A stretch of 64,000 nucleotides of DNA from Phycisphaerales bacterium (GTDB lineage: Bacteria > Planctomycetota > Phycisphaerae > Phycisphaerales > UBA1924). Shown here piece after piece: positions 1 to 10,229 of this stretch (positions are counted from its first letter, which is position 1; each line of letters starts with the position of its first letter). A program made the position numbers and the translations under genes. Under the pieces are notes generated by a model. The model ran no database searches, had not been told where the DNA came from, and worked only from the letters and a program-made list of their open reading frames with translations. Location: positions 53,717 through 117,716 of the forward strand of contig JAHDXL010000005.1 in assembly GCA_023382935.1 (NCBI GenBank), given 5' to 3'.

Positions 1-45
1 CTGGCGTCCAAGGCCAAGGATTCGGGAGGTGGCGGCAATGGCTGA
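1..45 (+). CDS. 3' end of an upstream ORF; by position possibly tssB/vipA (small sheath subunit)
   Basis: Frame 1 is open from the window edge (LASKAKDSGGGGNG*). Its TGA (43-45) overlaps the tssC ATG (ATGGCTGA). TssB normally precedes TssC. Only 14 codons are visible, so identity is positional inference only. Confidence 0.3.
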   Translation: MASKAKDSGGGGNG

Positions 46-1534
46 GAACCCTGAGATGCAGGCACAGGCCGGCCCGGCCGAGACCATGCAGGAGGGCGAG
101 TTTGCCGCTCTCCTGGAGGGCAACTTCAAGCCCAAGTCCGATCGGCAGCGTGAGGCGATCGAAGAGGGCGTGCAGACGCTGGCTGCGCAGGCGCTGTCAA
201 ACACGGCCCTGGTCAGCGATGACGTGATCAAGACCATCGAGTCGATGATCGCCGAACTGGACCGCAAACTGTCGGAGCAGATCAACCTGATCCTGCATCA
301 CCCCGACTTTCAGGCTCTGGAAGGCACCTGGCGCGGTCTGCACCATCTGGTGAGCAACACCGAGACCGACGAGATGCTCAAGATCCGCGTCCTGAACATC
401 TCCAAGAAGGATCTCGGCAAGACCATCAAGAAATTCAAGGGCACCGCGTGGGACCAGAGCCCGCTGTTCAAGAAGATGTACGAAGAGGAGTTCGGCACCC
501 CGGGTGGCGAGCCGTATGGCTGCCTGGTTGGCGACTATCACTTTGACCATTCCCCGCCGGACGTGGAGATTCTCACGGGCATGGCCCAGATCGCCGCGGC
601 CGCTCACGCGCCCTTCATCGCCGGGGCCGACCCCAAGGTGATGAACATGGACTCGTGGCAGGAACTGTCCAACCCGCGCGACCTGACCAAGATCTTCGGC
701 AGTGCCGAATATGCCCCGTGGCGCAGTCTGCGCGAGAGCGAGGACTCCAAGTACATCGGGCTTGCCATGCCGCGATTCCTCTCTCGCCTCCCGTACGGAT
801 CCAAGACGGCTCCGGTCGAGGAGTTTGCCTTTGAAGAGGACACGGAAGGGGCGGACCACAGCAAGTACACCTGGGCCAACTCGTCGTTCGCGATGGCGGT
901 CAACATCAACAAGGCTTTCAAGATGTACGGCTGGTGCAGTCGCATCCGCGGCGTGGAGTCGGGCGGCATGGTCGAGGGGTTGCCTTGCCACACCTTCCCG
1001 ACCGACGACGGCGGGGTGGACATGAAGTGCCCCACCGAAATCGCCATCACCGATCGGCGCGAAGCGGAACTGGCCAAGAACGGGTTCATGCCGCTCAGCC
1101 ACTGGAAGAACACGGACTACGCGGTATTCGTGGGGGCCCAGAGTCTGCACAAGCCGGCTGAGTATTCCGATCCCGACGCAACGGCGAACGCCAACCTGGG
1201 CGCTCGCCTGCCGTATCTCTTTGCGACGTGTCGGTTTGCGCACTTCCTCAAGTGCATCGTGCGTGACAAGATCGGCTCGTTCAAGGAGCGGGCCGACATG
1301 GAACGCTGGCTCAACAACTGGATCATGCAGTACGTCGAGCCCGACCCCGCCAACGCGACCGAAGAGGCAAAGGCCCGGCGTCCGCTGGCCGCGGCCGAGG
1401 TCGTCGTCGAAGAGGTCGAGGGCAACCCGGGGTATTACTCCTCGAAGTTCTTCCTGCGTCCGCACTACCAGTTGGAAGGCCTGACTGTTTCGCTGCGGCT
1501 GGTCTCGAAACTGCCCTCTCAGAAGGGCGGGTGA
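38..1534 (+). CDS. tssC: Type VI secretion contractile sheath large subunit TssC (VipB/ImpC family)
   Basis: About 500-aa ORF with TssC-type motifs (PRFLSRLPYG, GFMPLSHWKNTDYAVF, SSKFFLRPHYQLEGL). GGAGG lies 8 nt before ATG 38; the ORF track starts at GTG 29. Sits in a T6SS gene context. Confidence 0.95.
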   Translation: MAENPEMQAQAGPAETMQEGEFAALLEGNFKPKSDRQREAIEEGVQTLAAQALSNTALVSDDVIKTIESMIAELDRKLSEQINLILHHPDFQALEGTWRGLHHLVSNTETDEMLKIRVLNISKKDLGKTIKKFKGTAWDQSPLFKKMYEEEFGTPGGEPYGCLVGDYHFDHSPPDVEILTGMAQIAAAAHAPFIAGADPKVMNMDSWQELSNPRDLTKIFGSAEYAPWRSLRESEDSKYIGLAMPRFLSRLPYGSKTAPVEEFAFEEDTEGADHSKYTWANSSFAMAVNINKAFKMYGWCSRIRGVESGGMVEGLPCHTFPTDDGGVDMKCPTEIAITDRREAELAKNGFMPLSHWKNTDYAVFVGAQSLHKPAEYSDPDATANANLGARLPYLFATCRFAHFLKCIVRDKIGSFKERADMERWLNNWIMQYVEPDPANATEEAKARRPLAAAEVVVEEVEGNPGYYSSKFFLRPHYQLEGLTVSLRLVSKLPSQKGG

Positions 1535-1561
1535 CCGGCCGGTCGGCGTTCGATCGCAACT

Positions 1562-1604
1562 CCGCTCACGCCCCGGATTTGGGAGTGAGCGGGGTTTTTC
1601 TTTC
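1562..1604 (+). terminator. Intrinsic terminator/attenuator between tssC and hcp
   Basis: 8-bp stem CCGCTCAC (1562-1569) pairs with GTGAGCGG (1585-1592), with extra CCC/GGG pairing inside the loop. Followed by GGTTTTTCTTTC. Confidence 0.55.
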
Positions 1605-1721
1605 GCGAGGGCGTGAAAAGCGGAACGGTTCGTCGCTTTCAAACTGGGTCCGAATCGAGCGGATCCGGAGAAGGACAAACAACGGGCAAGGCCCACTCAC
1701 ACACGGTCAGGAGAATCACCA

Positions 1722-2222
1722 ATGGCATTCGACGGCTTCCTTCAGGTTCAGGGCATCAAGGGCGACAGCACGGACTCGGCACACAAGGATTGGATCGAGA
1801 TCCAGGCGTTCAGCCACGCGGTGACGCAGAGCACCGGCGGCGCCGCCAGCGCTCAGGGCACCCACGCGGGCGGCCGGGCCGACCATGCCGACTTCACCAT
1901 TGTCAAGCGCCTGGACACCGCTTCGTCTCCGTTGTTCTTGCACTGCTGCACGGCCAAGCCGATCCCCGAGATCAAGGTCCAACTCTGCCGCGCCATGGGC
2001 GAGAAGACCACGTTCATGGAGTACATCATGAAGGACGTGATCGTCTCGTCGATCCGCCCCTCGGGCTCGACCGAAGGTACTGACCTGATCCCGCTGGAAG
2101 AAGTCTCCTTCCGCTACGGCGAGATCCACCTGGCCTATACCCCGACCGACCCGCGCAGCGGCGGCAAGACTGGCCCGGCGGTCAAGGCGGCCTGGAGCAG
2201 CCTCGAGAATAAGCCCATCTGA
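1722..2222 (+). CDS. hcp: Type VI secretion tube protein Hcp (TssD)
   Basis: 166 aa. The N-terminus MAFDGFLQVQGIKGDSTDSAHKDWIEIQAFSH is the canonical Hcp1-family start. AGGAGA RBS lies upstream. Confidence 0.95.
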   Translation: MAFDGFLQVQGIKGDSTDSAHKDWIEIQAFSHAVTQSTGGAASAQGTHAGGRADHADFTIVKRLDTASSPLFLHCCTAKPIPEIKVQLCRAMGEKTTFMEYIMKDVIVSSIRPSGSTEGTDLIPLEEVSFRYGEIHLAYTPTDPRSGGKTGPAVKAAWSSLENKPI

Positions 2223-2248
2223 TCTGTCCGCTTCAGATCCGATACACT

Positions 2249-2283
2249 GCCGGCAGTGGGCCACCGCCCGCTGCCGGTTTTTT
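2249..2283 (+). terminator. Intrinsic terminator after hcp
   Basis: CCGGCAG (2250-2256) pairs with CTGCCGG (2271-2277), with inner GGG/CCC pairing. Followed by TTTTTT (2278-2283). Confidence 0.6.
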
Positions 2284-2321
2284 CGCTCCAGATCGTGGGA
2301 AGCACGTGGGGAGGTGGTGTC

Positions 2322-3173
2322 ATGGGTGCGCCTGCCAGATCAGCCGAAGAAATGCTCCGCGCGGGGCGCGTGTCCGATGCGATGTCTGCACTGCGGGAGT
2401 CGATTCGTTCCGACCCGTCGGATCCGAAAAAGCGCCTGTTTCTCTTTCAACTCAACTGCGTGCAGGGAGAGTGGGACAAGGCGCTCAACCAACTCAACGT
2501 GGCGGCCGAACTCGACCCCGGGGTGCAATTGATGGCCCGCGTTGGTCGGGCGGCCATCCAGTGCGAAGTGTTCCGGCAGGAGGTTTTCGCCGGCAAGCGT
2601 TCGCCCCTGCTGCTTGGCGAGCCAGAGCCGTGGGTCGGGATGATGCTCCAGGCGATGCAACTGTCCGGGCAGGGCAGGCACGGGCCTGCGGCCGAGTTGC
2701 GCACCCAGGCGTTTGAGAAGGCTCAGGCCCTTCCGGGCACGCTGACGGTCTCGGAGGGGGAAGTCGGCACGCCGCACAAGTTTGAGTGGCTGGCCGACGC
2801 GGACGAGCGCCTAGGCCCGATGATCGAGGCGATCGTGGAAGGGAAATACTACTGGGTGCCGTTTTCGCACATCCGTGCGATCTATCTCGAGCCTCCCAGC
2901 GACCTGCGTGACCTGGTCTGGGCGCCGGCGACGTTCCGCTGGGCCAACGGCGGTGAGATGGTTGGGCTGATTCCCACCCGTTATCCCGGCTCTGAGCGTT
3001 CGCCGGACGGGGCGATTGCTCTGGCCCGCAAGACCGATTTCAACGAGGTGGCGTCTGACACGTTTGAGCCTCTGGGCCAGCGCATGTGGGCGACCGACAT
3101 GGGTGAATATCCTGTGCTCCAGACCAGGCGCATCGAGATCGATCATCCCGACGGACCTGTGACCAATGGCTGA
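2322..3173 (+). CDS. tagJ: T6SS accessory protein TagJ (ImpE/SciE family)
   Basis: TPR-like N-terminal half and an ImpE-type C-terminus (YYWVPFSHIRAIYLEPPSDLRDLVWAPA, IPTRYPGS). GGGAGG lies 7 nt before ATG 2322; the ORF track starts at 2256. The stop overlaps the tssE start. Confidence 0.75.
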   Translation: MGAPARSAEEMLRAGRVSDAMSALRESIRSDPSDPKKRLFLFQLNCVQGEWDKALNQLNVAAELDPGVQLMARVGRAAIQCEVFRQEVFAGKRSPLLLGEPEPWVGMMLQAMQLSGQGRHGPAAELRTQAFEKAQALPGTLTVSEGEVGTPHKFEWLADADERLGPMIEAIVEGKYYWVPFSHIRAIYLEPPSDLRDLVWAPATFRWANGGEMVGLIPTRYPGSERSPDGAIALARKTDFNEVASDTFEPLGQRMWATDMGEYPVLQTRRIEIDHPDGPVTNG

Positions 3174-3672
3174 GTTGACCCCATCCGACCGGCTCCAGCC
3201 CTGCCTGCTCGACCGCCTGACCGACGACGAGCCGGACAAGCAATCGGAGAGCCGCAATCGCCGGGTGTTTTCGCTCCGGCAGATCCGCGAGGCGGTGCTG
3301 CGCGACCTTTCGTGGCTGCTCAATACGCCGGCGCGCTCGGCAACGGAAGACTTCTCGCTCTTCCCAGAGGTCGAGAAGTCGGTGCTCAACTACGGGATTG
3401 CAGACCTCGCGGGCCTGACGGCCTCGGGCGTCAACCTGAGCCAGCTCGAGGTCATGGTGGCGCGTGCCATCGAGCGCTACGAGCCGCGCGTGCTGCCCAA
3501 CACGGTCAAGGTGCGGGCGGTGGTCAGCAAGGACCAGACGGAGCGCAACACGCTGGCGTTTGAGATTTCAGGCGATCTCTGGGCCGAGCCGGTGCCCGAT
3601 CCGCTGTACCTGAAGACCGAACTGGACCTGGAAACCGGTCAGTGCACGCTGCGGGAGAGAGTCGGTGGATGA
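3166..3672 (+). CDS. tssE: T6SS baseplate subunit TssE (gp25-like)
   Basis: 168 aa. Canonical start MAELTPSDRLQPCLLDRLTDDEP. ATGGCTGA overlap with tagJ. Confidence 0.9.
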   Translation: MAELTPSDRLQPCLLDRLTDDEPDKQSESRNRRVFSLRQIREAVLRDLSWLLNTPARSATEDFSLFPEVEKSVLNYGIADLAGLTASGVNLSQLEVMVARAIERYEPRVLPNTVKVRAVVSKDQTERNTLAFEISGDLWAEPVPDPLYLKTELDLETGQCTLRERVGG

Positions 3673-5539
3673 ACGGCTGAAGCGCTATTACGAGCGTGAG
3701 TTGCGCCACGTGCGCGAGTCGGCCGGGGAGTTCGCCCGCGAGTTTCCCAAGATCGCGGCGCGCCTCAGTCTCGACGAGATGTCGTGCGCCGACCCCTACG
3801 TCGAGCGTCTGCTCGAGGGGTTTGCGTTTCTGTCGGCTCGTGTGCAACTTAAACTCGACGCCGAGTTTCCGCGCTTCACGCAGCACATGCTCGAGAGCGT
3901 CTATCCGCACTATCTGTGCCCCACGCCCTCGATGCTGGTTGCCCAGTTCAAGCCCGATCTGGAAGACAGCGGGCTGGCCAGTGGATTTGACGTGCCTCGT
4001 GGCACTGTCCTGCGCAGCAACATCGGCAAGGAAGATCAGACCGCCTGCGAATATCGCACTGCCCACGCGGTCAAACTCTTCCCGCTCGAACTCTTCGAGG
4101 CCCAGTATCACGACCGCGATCTGGCCAGCCTCGGGCTGCCGAACATTCCCGGCGTGCGGGCGGCCATCCGATTCCGTTTGCGCGCCACCGCCGGGCTTTC
4201 GCTGGCCGAGATTGCGCTGGACCGTCTGCCCATTTTCATCCGCGGGGTCGGCGACGTGGCGGTGCGCATCTACGAGCAGGTCTTTGCACACGGGCTTGGC
4301 GTGGTGGTGCGGCCAACCACCAAGCCGGCCAAGTGGCACCATCACATTCCGCAGAAGCGCGTGCGTCAACTGGGCTTTGAGCCCGAGGAGGCGCTGCTCC
4401 CGCCCGGCCCGCGCAGTTTCGACGGGTATCGCCACCTCCACGAATACTTCACCTTCCCCGAGCGATTCCTGGCGTTCGAGGTCGGCGGGCTGCGCGAGGC
4501 GATGCAGCGCGCCGACCAGACACAGATCGAACTGGTCATACTGCTCAAGCAACCCGACGTGGAACTGGAAAACGGCATTGACGCCGAGAACCTGCTGCTG
4601 CACTGCACACCGGCGATCAACCTGTTCGAGAAGCGGGCCGACCGCATCCACATTTCCGACAAGTTTCCCGAGTTTCAACTGGTGCCCGATCGCACACGTC
4701 CGCTCGATTACGAGGTCTACGACGTGCTCGACGTCACTGGCTTCGGCACCACGGCCGACGAGGAGACACGCTTCCGCCCGTTCTACGCCGCGACCGACTA
4801 TGACGAAGGCTCGCAGGCGGCTGGGGCCTACTACGCAACCAATCGCGTGCCTCGTGTGCTCTCGGCCAAGGAACGCCGCCTGGGGCGTCGCTCGCGGTAC
4901 ACGGGCAGCGAGGTCTACCTGTCGCTGGTCGATGCGCACAACGCGCCGTTCAAGTCGGACCTGAGGCAGATCGGCGCCACCACGCGCTGCACCAATCGCG
5001 ATCTGCCGCTGCGGATGCCGGTGGGGGTCGGCCGCACCGACTTCACGACCGAGGCCGGCGCCGCCGTCGAGTCGGTTCGTTGCGTTGCCGGCCCGACTCC
5101 GCCGCAGTCATCGGTGGCCGAAGGCGAGACCGCCTGGCGACTGATCAGCCACCTGTCGCTCAACTATCTCTCACTGGCCGACGAGGATGAAGTTCGCGGC
5201 GCCGGCGCGCTGCGCGAACTGCTCGCTCTTTACGGCGACCTGTCCAACTCGGCCATACGCAAGCAGATCGAGGGGGTGCGCAAGGTTGGCGCCCGCCCGG
5301 TGACGCGCCGCGTGCCGGTTCCCGGCCCCATCGCCTTCGCCCGCGGGCTGGAGGTCGCGGTGACGCTGGAGGACGCTGCGTTTCAGGGCTCGGGCCCGTT
5401 CCTGCTGGGCGCGGTGCTCGAACGCTTCTTTGCCAAGTACGTCTCGCTCAACTCGTTTGTCGAAACCTGTATCAACACCACGGAGCGTGGGGAGATCATG
5501 CGATGGCCGACGCGCATCGGTCTGAGACATACGCTCTGA
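3665..5539 (+). CDS. tssF: T6SS baseplate subunit TssF
   Basis: 624 aa. Canonical N-terminus MDERLKRYYERELRHVRESAGEFAREFPKIAARL. GTGGATGA overlap with the tssE stop. Confidence 0.93.
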   Translation: MDERLKRYYERELRHVRESAGEFAREFPKIAARLSLDEMSCADPYVERLLEGFAFLSARVQLKLDAEFPRFTQHMLESVYPHYLCPTPSMLVAQFKPDLEDSGLASGFDVPRGTVLRSNIGKEDQTACEYRTAHAVKLFPLELFEAQYHDRDLASLGLPNIPGVRAAIRFRLRATAGLSLAEIALDRLPIFIRGVGDVAVRIYEQVFAHGLGVVVRPTTKPAKWHHHIPQKRVRQLGFEPEEALLPPGPRSFDGYRHLHEYFTFPERFLAFEVGGLREAMQRADQTQIELVILLKQPDVELENGIDAENLLLHCTPAINLFEKRADRIHISDKFPEFQLVPDRTRPLDYEVYDVLDVTGFGTTADEETRFRPFYAATDYDEGSQAAGAYYATNRVPRVLSAKERRLGRRSRYTGSEVYLSLVDAHNAPFKSDLRQIGATTRCTNRDLPLRMPVGVGRTDFTTEAGAAVESVRCVAGPTPPQSSVAEGETAWRLISHLSLNYLSLADEDEVRGAGALRELLALYGDLSNSAIRKQIEGVRKVGARPVTRRVPVPGPIAFARGLEVAVTLEDAAFQGSGPFLLGAVLERFFAKYVSLNSFVETCINTTERGEIMRWPTRIGLRHTL

Positions 5540-6531
5540 TCCTGCGGCTGATGGAGAAGCCGTACGCCTTCGACTTCTTCCAGGCGGTGCGGCGGCTCGA
5601 CTGCGCGCGAACGGGCGGAGAGCCGATCGGCATCTCCACCCGCCTGAAGATGGACCCGGTGCGCTTCGCACAGAAGGTCAGCCTCGCCTTTGCGCCGTCC
5701 ACCATCGCCGGCGTCGACAAGCCGGTGGAAGGTTCCGCTCCGCGATTTGCCGTGAACTTCTTCGGGCTGCTCGGGCCAAACGGGCCCATGCCGCTGCACC
5801 TGACCGAGTACGTTCACGAGCGCGAGCACAACTACCACGATCGCACGCTGGCGCGGTTCCTTGATATCTTCCACCACCGGATGATCTCGCTGTTCTACCG
5901 CGCCTGGGCTGTCAACCAGCCCACCGCCAGTTTCGACCGGGCATTGCAGGATCCGCTCAGCGATCGGGTGGGCGCCTACGTGGGCTCGATGGCCGGGCTG
6001 GGTTCGCCCGCGCTGCGGCAGCGCGATCGCGTCAGCGATCTGGCCAAACTGCACTACATCGGGCGGCTGGCCTGCCAGACCAGGAACGCCGAGGGGCTTG
6101 AAGCGATCATCGCCGACTACTTCAAGGTGCCCGCGAGCATCATCGAGTTTGTCGGGCACTGGATGGACCTGCCCGAGGACAGCCGATGCCGTCTCGGGCA
6201 GTCGCGCCACACCGGGACGCTCGGTTCGACCACCGTGGTCGGTTCGTCGATCTGGGAAGTACAGCAGAAGTTCCGCATCCGCATCGGGCCGGTGGGCCTG
6301 CGGGCCTACGAGCGGTTCCTGCCGACCGGGCGCAGTTTCGGGCGTCTGGTCGATTGGGTTCGCAATTACGTGAGTTTCGAGTATCGTTGGGACGCCCAGT
6401 TGGTGCTCGATCGTCGCGAGGTGCCGCAGACGCGCCTCGGGCGGGCGGGACGACTGGGCTGGACGACCTGGCTGTGCACCCGGCCTCTGGAGCGTGATCC
6501 GGACGACCTGGTGCTCACGCCGCCGGAATAG
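5503..6531 (+). CDS. tssG: T6SS baseplate subunit TssG
   Basis: 342 aa. Contains the YAFDFFQAVRRLD motif typical of TssG. The start overlaps the tssF 3' end by 37 nt. Confidence 0.9.
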   Translation: MADAHRSETYALILRLMEKPYAFDFFQAVRRLDCARTGGEPIGISTRLKMDPVRFAQKVSLAFAPSTIAGVDKPVEGSAPRFAVNFFGLLGPNGPMPLHLTEYVHEREHNYHDRTLARFLDIFHHRMISLFYRAWAVNQPTASFDRALQDPLSDRVGAYVGSMAGLGSPALRQRDRVSDLAKLHYIGRLACQTRNAEGLEAIIADYFKVPASIIEFVGHWMDLPEDSRCRLGQSRHTGTLGSTTVVGSSIWEVQQKFRIRIGPVGLRAYERFLPTGRSFGRLVDWVRNYVSFEYRWDAQLVLDRREVPQTRLGRAGRLGWTTWLCTRPLERDPDDLVLTPPE

Positions 6532-6580
6532 TCTGTGCCGCGCCACGGCACGGTGTGATGGGAAAGCGGGAGGCATCGTC

Positions 6581-9331
6581 ATGGCTGAGATCAGTCTCAA
6601 GTCGCTGTTCGGGAAGATGAACAGTTTGTGCTACAAGAGCGCGGAGAGCGCCACCGTGTTCTGCAAGATGCGGGGCAACCCCCGCGTCGACGTGGTCCAC
6701 TTCATCCACCAGGTGCTGCAACTGCAGGACTCGGACCTGCACAAGATCATCCGCCACTTCCAACTCAATCCGGCCAGACTGGCCTCCGATCTGACGGCGA
6801 CGCTTGATTCCGTGCAGCGGGGCGCGTCTTCGATCGCTGGATTCTCCAGCGACCTTGAGGAGGCCGTCGAGCGGGCCTGGGTCTACGGCAGCCTGATGTT
6901 CAACGAGCGTTCGATCCGCTCGGGACATCTGGTGGTTGGCATGCTCAAGACCAAGAGCCTCTCGCGTGCGCTCATCGGCATCAGTGAAGAGTTCGCCAAG
7001 ATCCGCGTCGACGAACTGTGCGATTCCTACGAGAAGATCCTCGGCGATTCGCCCGAGTCCAAACTTGCGGCCCGCGAGAGTGGGGGAGTGGGCGGCGGCG
7101 CCGTTCCAGGTGAGGCGTCCGGCGCCATGGCCCCGGCGGAAATGGGCAAGGAAGAGGCTCTCAAACGCTTCTGCCGCGACATGACCGAGGAAGCACGCTC
7201 AGGCAAGATCGACCCGATCGTCGGTCGCGACGAGGAAACCCGTCAGGTCATCGACATTCTCATGCGCCGGCGTCAGAACAACCCGGTGCTGGTCGGCGAA
7301 GCCGGCGTCGGCAAGACCGCCGTGGCCGAGGGATTCGCCCACAAGATCGTCGAGGGCGATGTACCTCCGCCGTTGCAGGGCGTGCGCCTGCTGGAACTCG
7401 ACGTCTCGGCTCTTCAGGCCGGGGCCAGCATGAAAGGTGAGTTCGAGCAGCGCCTCAAGCAGGTCATCGAAGAGGTGCAGGCCTCGACGAGGCCGACAAT
7501 CCTTTTCATTGACGAAGTTCACCGCCTGATTGGTGCCGGCGGGCAGGCGGGTACGGGTGATGCGGCCCAGTTGCTCAAGCCGGCGCTGGCACGCGGCCTG
7601 CTGCGCACCGTCGCCGCGACGACCTGGGCCGAGTACAAGAAGCACATCGAGAAGGACCCCGCGCTGACGCGGCGATTCCAGACGGTGCTGGTCGATGAGC
7701 CGGGCGAAGAGCGTGCCATCCTCATGATGCGCAAGGTGGCCGGCATCTTTGAGAAGCATCACAAGGTGCAGATTCTCGACGAGGCGATCGAGGCCGCCGT
7801 GCGCCTCAGCCACCGGTACATCCCCGCCCGCCAGTTGCCGGACAAGGCGGTGAGTCTGCTGGATACGGCCTCGGCGCGCGTGGCCATCGGGCAGCACGCC
7901 GTGCCGGCTGAGGTGGACGACACGCGCAAACGCATCCAGGCGCTCGAGACCGAGTCGCAGATCCTCGCCCGCGAGCAGGCGGTGGGCTTTCACCACGAGA
8001 AGCGCATGCAGGAAGTGGCCGAGCATATCCGGGCCGAGCAGGAGCGCCTCGCGTCGCTCGAATCCAACTGGCAGAGGGAAAAGGAACTGGTCGAGCGTGT
8101 GCTGGGGATTCGTGCCAGACTGCGTGGTCCGACCGGCGCCGAGCACGTCGAGGGCACCGGCTCCAAGGCCGAGGCCAGGGCCGGGGCGCAGGTTGCAGCC
8201 GAAGCCGCCGCTGCCGGCAAGTCGACGCTGAGCGATGCCGAACGGGCCGCGCTGGTGGCCGAACTCGACCAGGTAAAGAAGGAACTGGCCGAGTTGCAGG
8301 GCGACAAGCCGCTGATCATACCTGACTGCGACGCCAACGCCGTTGCGGCCGTTGTCGCCGACTGGACTGGCATCCCCGTCGGGCGCATGGTCAAGAACGA
8401 GATCCAGGCGATCCTGCAACTGGCCGATACGCTCAACAAGCGCGTCATCGGCCAGCGCCACGGGCTGGAGGCCATCGCCAAGCGCATCCAGACCAACCGC
8501 GCCAGCCTCGACAATCCCAACAAGCCGATCGGCGTGTTCATGCTCGCCGGGCCCTCGGGCGTCGGAAAGACCGAAACCGCTCTCGCCCTGGCCGAGGCGC
8601 TCTACGGCGGCGAGCAGAACGTCATCACCATCAACATGTCTGAGTTCCAGGAAGCGCACACCGTCTCGACGCTCAAGGGCGCCCCTCCCGGGTACGTGGG
8701 ATACGGAGAGGGTGGTGTGCTGACCGAGGCCGTCCGGCGCAAGCCCTACTCGGTCGTTCTCCTTGACGAGGTCGAGAAGGCCCACCCCGACGTTCACGAG
8801 ATTTTCTTCCAGGTCTTCGATAAGGGGAACATGGAGGACGGCGAGGGTCGGCACATCGACTTCAAGAACACGGTCATTCTCCTCACCACCAATGTGGGCA
8901 CCGAACTGATTATGAACATGTGTAAGGATCCCGACCTGATGCCTTCGGTGGAGGGGCTTCAGAAGTCCTTGCGCGAGCCGATGCTCAAGGTTTTCCCGGC
9001 CGCGCTGCTGGGGCGCATCACGGTCATCCCGTATTTCCCGCTCGACGACAAGATGCTCAAGGAAATCGCCCGCCTGCAGTTGGGACGCATCCAGAAGCGC
9101 ATCAGCCAGAACCACGGGGCCCGTTTCGACTATGGCGAAGACGTGCTCGACCTGATCGTCAGCCGGTGCACCGAGATCGAGTCCGGCGGCCGCATGATCG
9201 ATGCCATCCTGACTCAGACCATGCTTCCGGAGATTTCGACCGCCTTCCTGAACCGGATGATGGAGGGTCGAACCATCGAGCGGGTGCAGGTGCATGTGGG
9301 AGACAACGAGTTCCGCTATGCCTTTGAGTGA
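6581..9331 (+). CDS. clpV: T6SS AAA+ ATPase ClpV (TssH)
   Basis: ClpV-type N-domain ([27 protein letters not shown]) and two AAA+ modules (Walker A GEAGVGKT and GPSGVGKT). Start taken at ATG 6581 after GGGAGG; the ORF track start 6494 lies inside tssG. Confidence 0.93.
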   Translation: MAEISLKSLFGKMNSLCYKSAESATVFCKMRGNPRVDVVHFIHQVLQLQDSDLHKIIRHFQLNPARLASDLTATLDSVQRGASSIAGFSSDLEEAVERAWVYGSLMFNERSIRSGHLVVGMLKTKSLSRALIGISEEFAKIRVDELCDSYEKILGDSPESKLAARESGGVGGGAVPGEASGAMAPAEMGKEEALKRFCRDMTEEARSGKIDPIVGRDEETRQVIDILMRRRQNNPVLVGEAGVGKTAVAEGFAHKIVEGDVPPPLQGVRLLELDVSALQAGASMKGEFEQRLKQVIEEVQASTRPTILFIDEVHRLIGAGGQAGTGDAAQLLKPALARGLLRTVAATTWAEYKKHIEKDPALTRRFQTVLVDEPGEERAILMMRKVAGIFEKHHKVQILDEAIEAAVRLSHRYIPARQLPDKAVSLLDTASARVAIGQHAVPAEVDDTRKRIQALETESQILAREQAVGFHHEKRMQEVAEHIRAEQERLASLESNWQREKELVERVLGIRARLRGPTGAEHVEGTGSKAEARAGAQVAAEAAAAGKSTLSDAERAALVAELDQVKKELAELQGDKPLIIPDCDANAVAAVVADWTGIPVGRMVKNEIQAILQLADTLNKRVIGQRHGLEAIAKRIQTNRASLDNPNKPIGVFMLAGPSGVGKTETALALAEALYGGEQNVITINMSEFQEAHTVSTLKGAPPGYVGYGEGGVLTEAVRRKPYSVVLLDEVEKAHPDVHEIFFQVFDKGNMEDGEGRHIDFKNTVILLTTNVGTELIMNMCKDPDLMPSVEGLQKSLREPMLKVFPAALLGRITVIPYFPLDDKMLKEIARLQLGRIQKRISQNHGARFDYGEDVLDLIVSRCTEIESGGRMIDAILTQTMLPEISTAFLNRMMEGRTIERVQVHVGDNEFRYAFE

Positions 9332-9396
9332 GCGGCGGGCGCGGTTGTCGCTTGAGAACTGGGTCCAGACGGGTTCCGGAAAGGACGAGGCTGTCG

Positions 9397-10218
9397 ATGT
9401 CGCTGCGACGAACACCCGGGGTCATCTGCCAATGCCAGTCGGGGACTGGGATTGATGGTGGGACCAACGCCCTGACGCTGTCGGGGCTGCCGGGTCCGAC
9501 CACCGACCTGATGAGCGCTCAGGCTGCGGCGAGGGCGATTTACGCCTCGGTGTCCAACCAGAGCCCGGTGTGCATGGATTGGGACGCCATCCGGGGAGCC
9601 GGGCAGTTGGCCCGGGCCGCGACCGCGTCCATGATTGAGTCGAACCTGCAACTATCGCTCGAGCAGGCGGTCTACGGCTTTGCCGTGCGCCAGGTGGCCG
9701 AGCAGTACCTCGATGTTCGGGAAACTGGCGGCGACAACCGGGGCGAAGAGGTCGAGGCGATGCTCGAGGGTGCCGGCGGCTCGGCGGGCATGTCGTGGTG
9801 CGCAGCCTTCGTCTCGCACTGCCACGTCGAGGCCGCCGCCCTGCTGTGCGCCGGCACGACCTGCCCGCGCACGCTCAGCGCGGTGATGATGGTCTTTCAC
9901 GGGCGCACTGCGGGCAACCTCACGTTCAGCAAGGCAAGCGTCCTGTCGGGCGCCATCATGCCCTTTGCCGGCGACGTGTTCTCGATGGTGCACCAGGGCC
10001 CGGTCAGTTCGCTCGACCCGGGCCGGCCTGCGCAGTTTCGCCGCGGGCATACCGGTATCGTCATCAGTTACAACGCGGCGACGCAAACGCTCACCACCAT
10101 CGAAGGCAACACCAATGAGGGTGGCGGACGCGAAGGCAATGGCGTGTACCTTCGCACCGACCGCATGCGCAGCGCCCGCCTGTGGGGCTTCATGCGTCCA
10201 CGCATCGTCTGGTTCTAG
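9397..10218 (+). CDS. CHAP/NlpC-P60-superfamily peptidoglycan amidase-like protein, no signal peptide
   Basis: Catalytic-type motifs in the usual order: MSWCAAFVSHC (Cys), RRGHTGIVISY (His), TTIEGNTNEG. Resembles CHAP / TIGR02594-like hydrolases. Start uncertain (ATG 9397; alternatives 9511 and 9631). Stop lies 11 nt before vgrG. Confidence 0.7.
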   Translation: MSLRRTPGVICQCQSGTGIDGGTNALTLSGLPGPTTDLMSAQAAARAIYASVSNQSPVCMDWDAIRGAGQLARAATASMIESNLQLSLEQAVYGFAVRQVAEQYLDVRETGGDNRGEEVEAMLEGAGGSAGMSWCAAFVSHCHVEAAALLCAGTTCPRTLSAVMMVFHGRTAGNLTFSKASVLSGAIMPFAGDVFSMVHQGPVSSLDPGRPAQFRRGHTGIVISYNAATQTLTTIEGNTNEGGGREGNGVYLRTDRMRSARLWGFMRPRIVWF

Positions 10219-10229
10219 GAGACACACCC

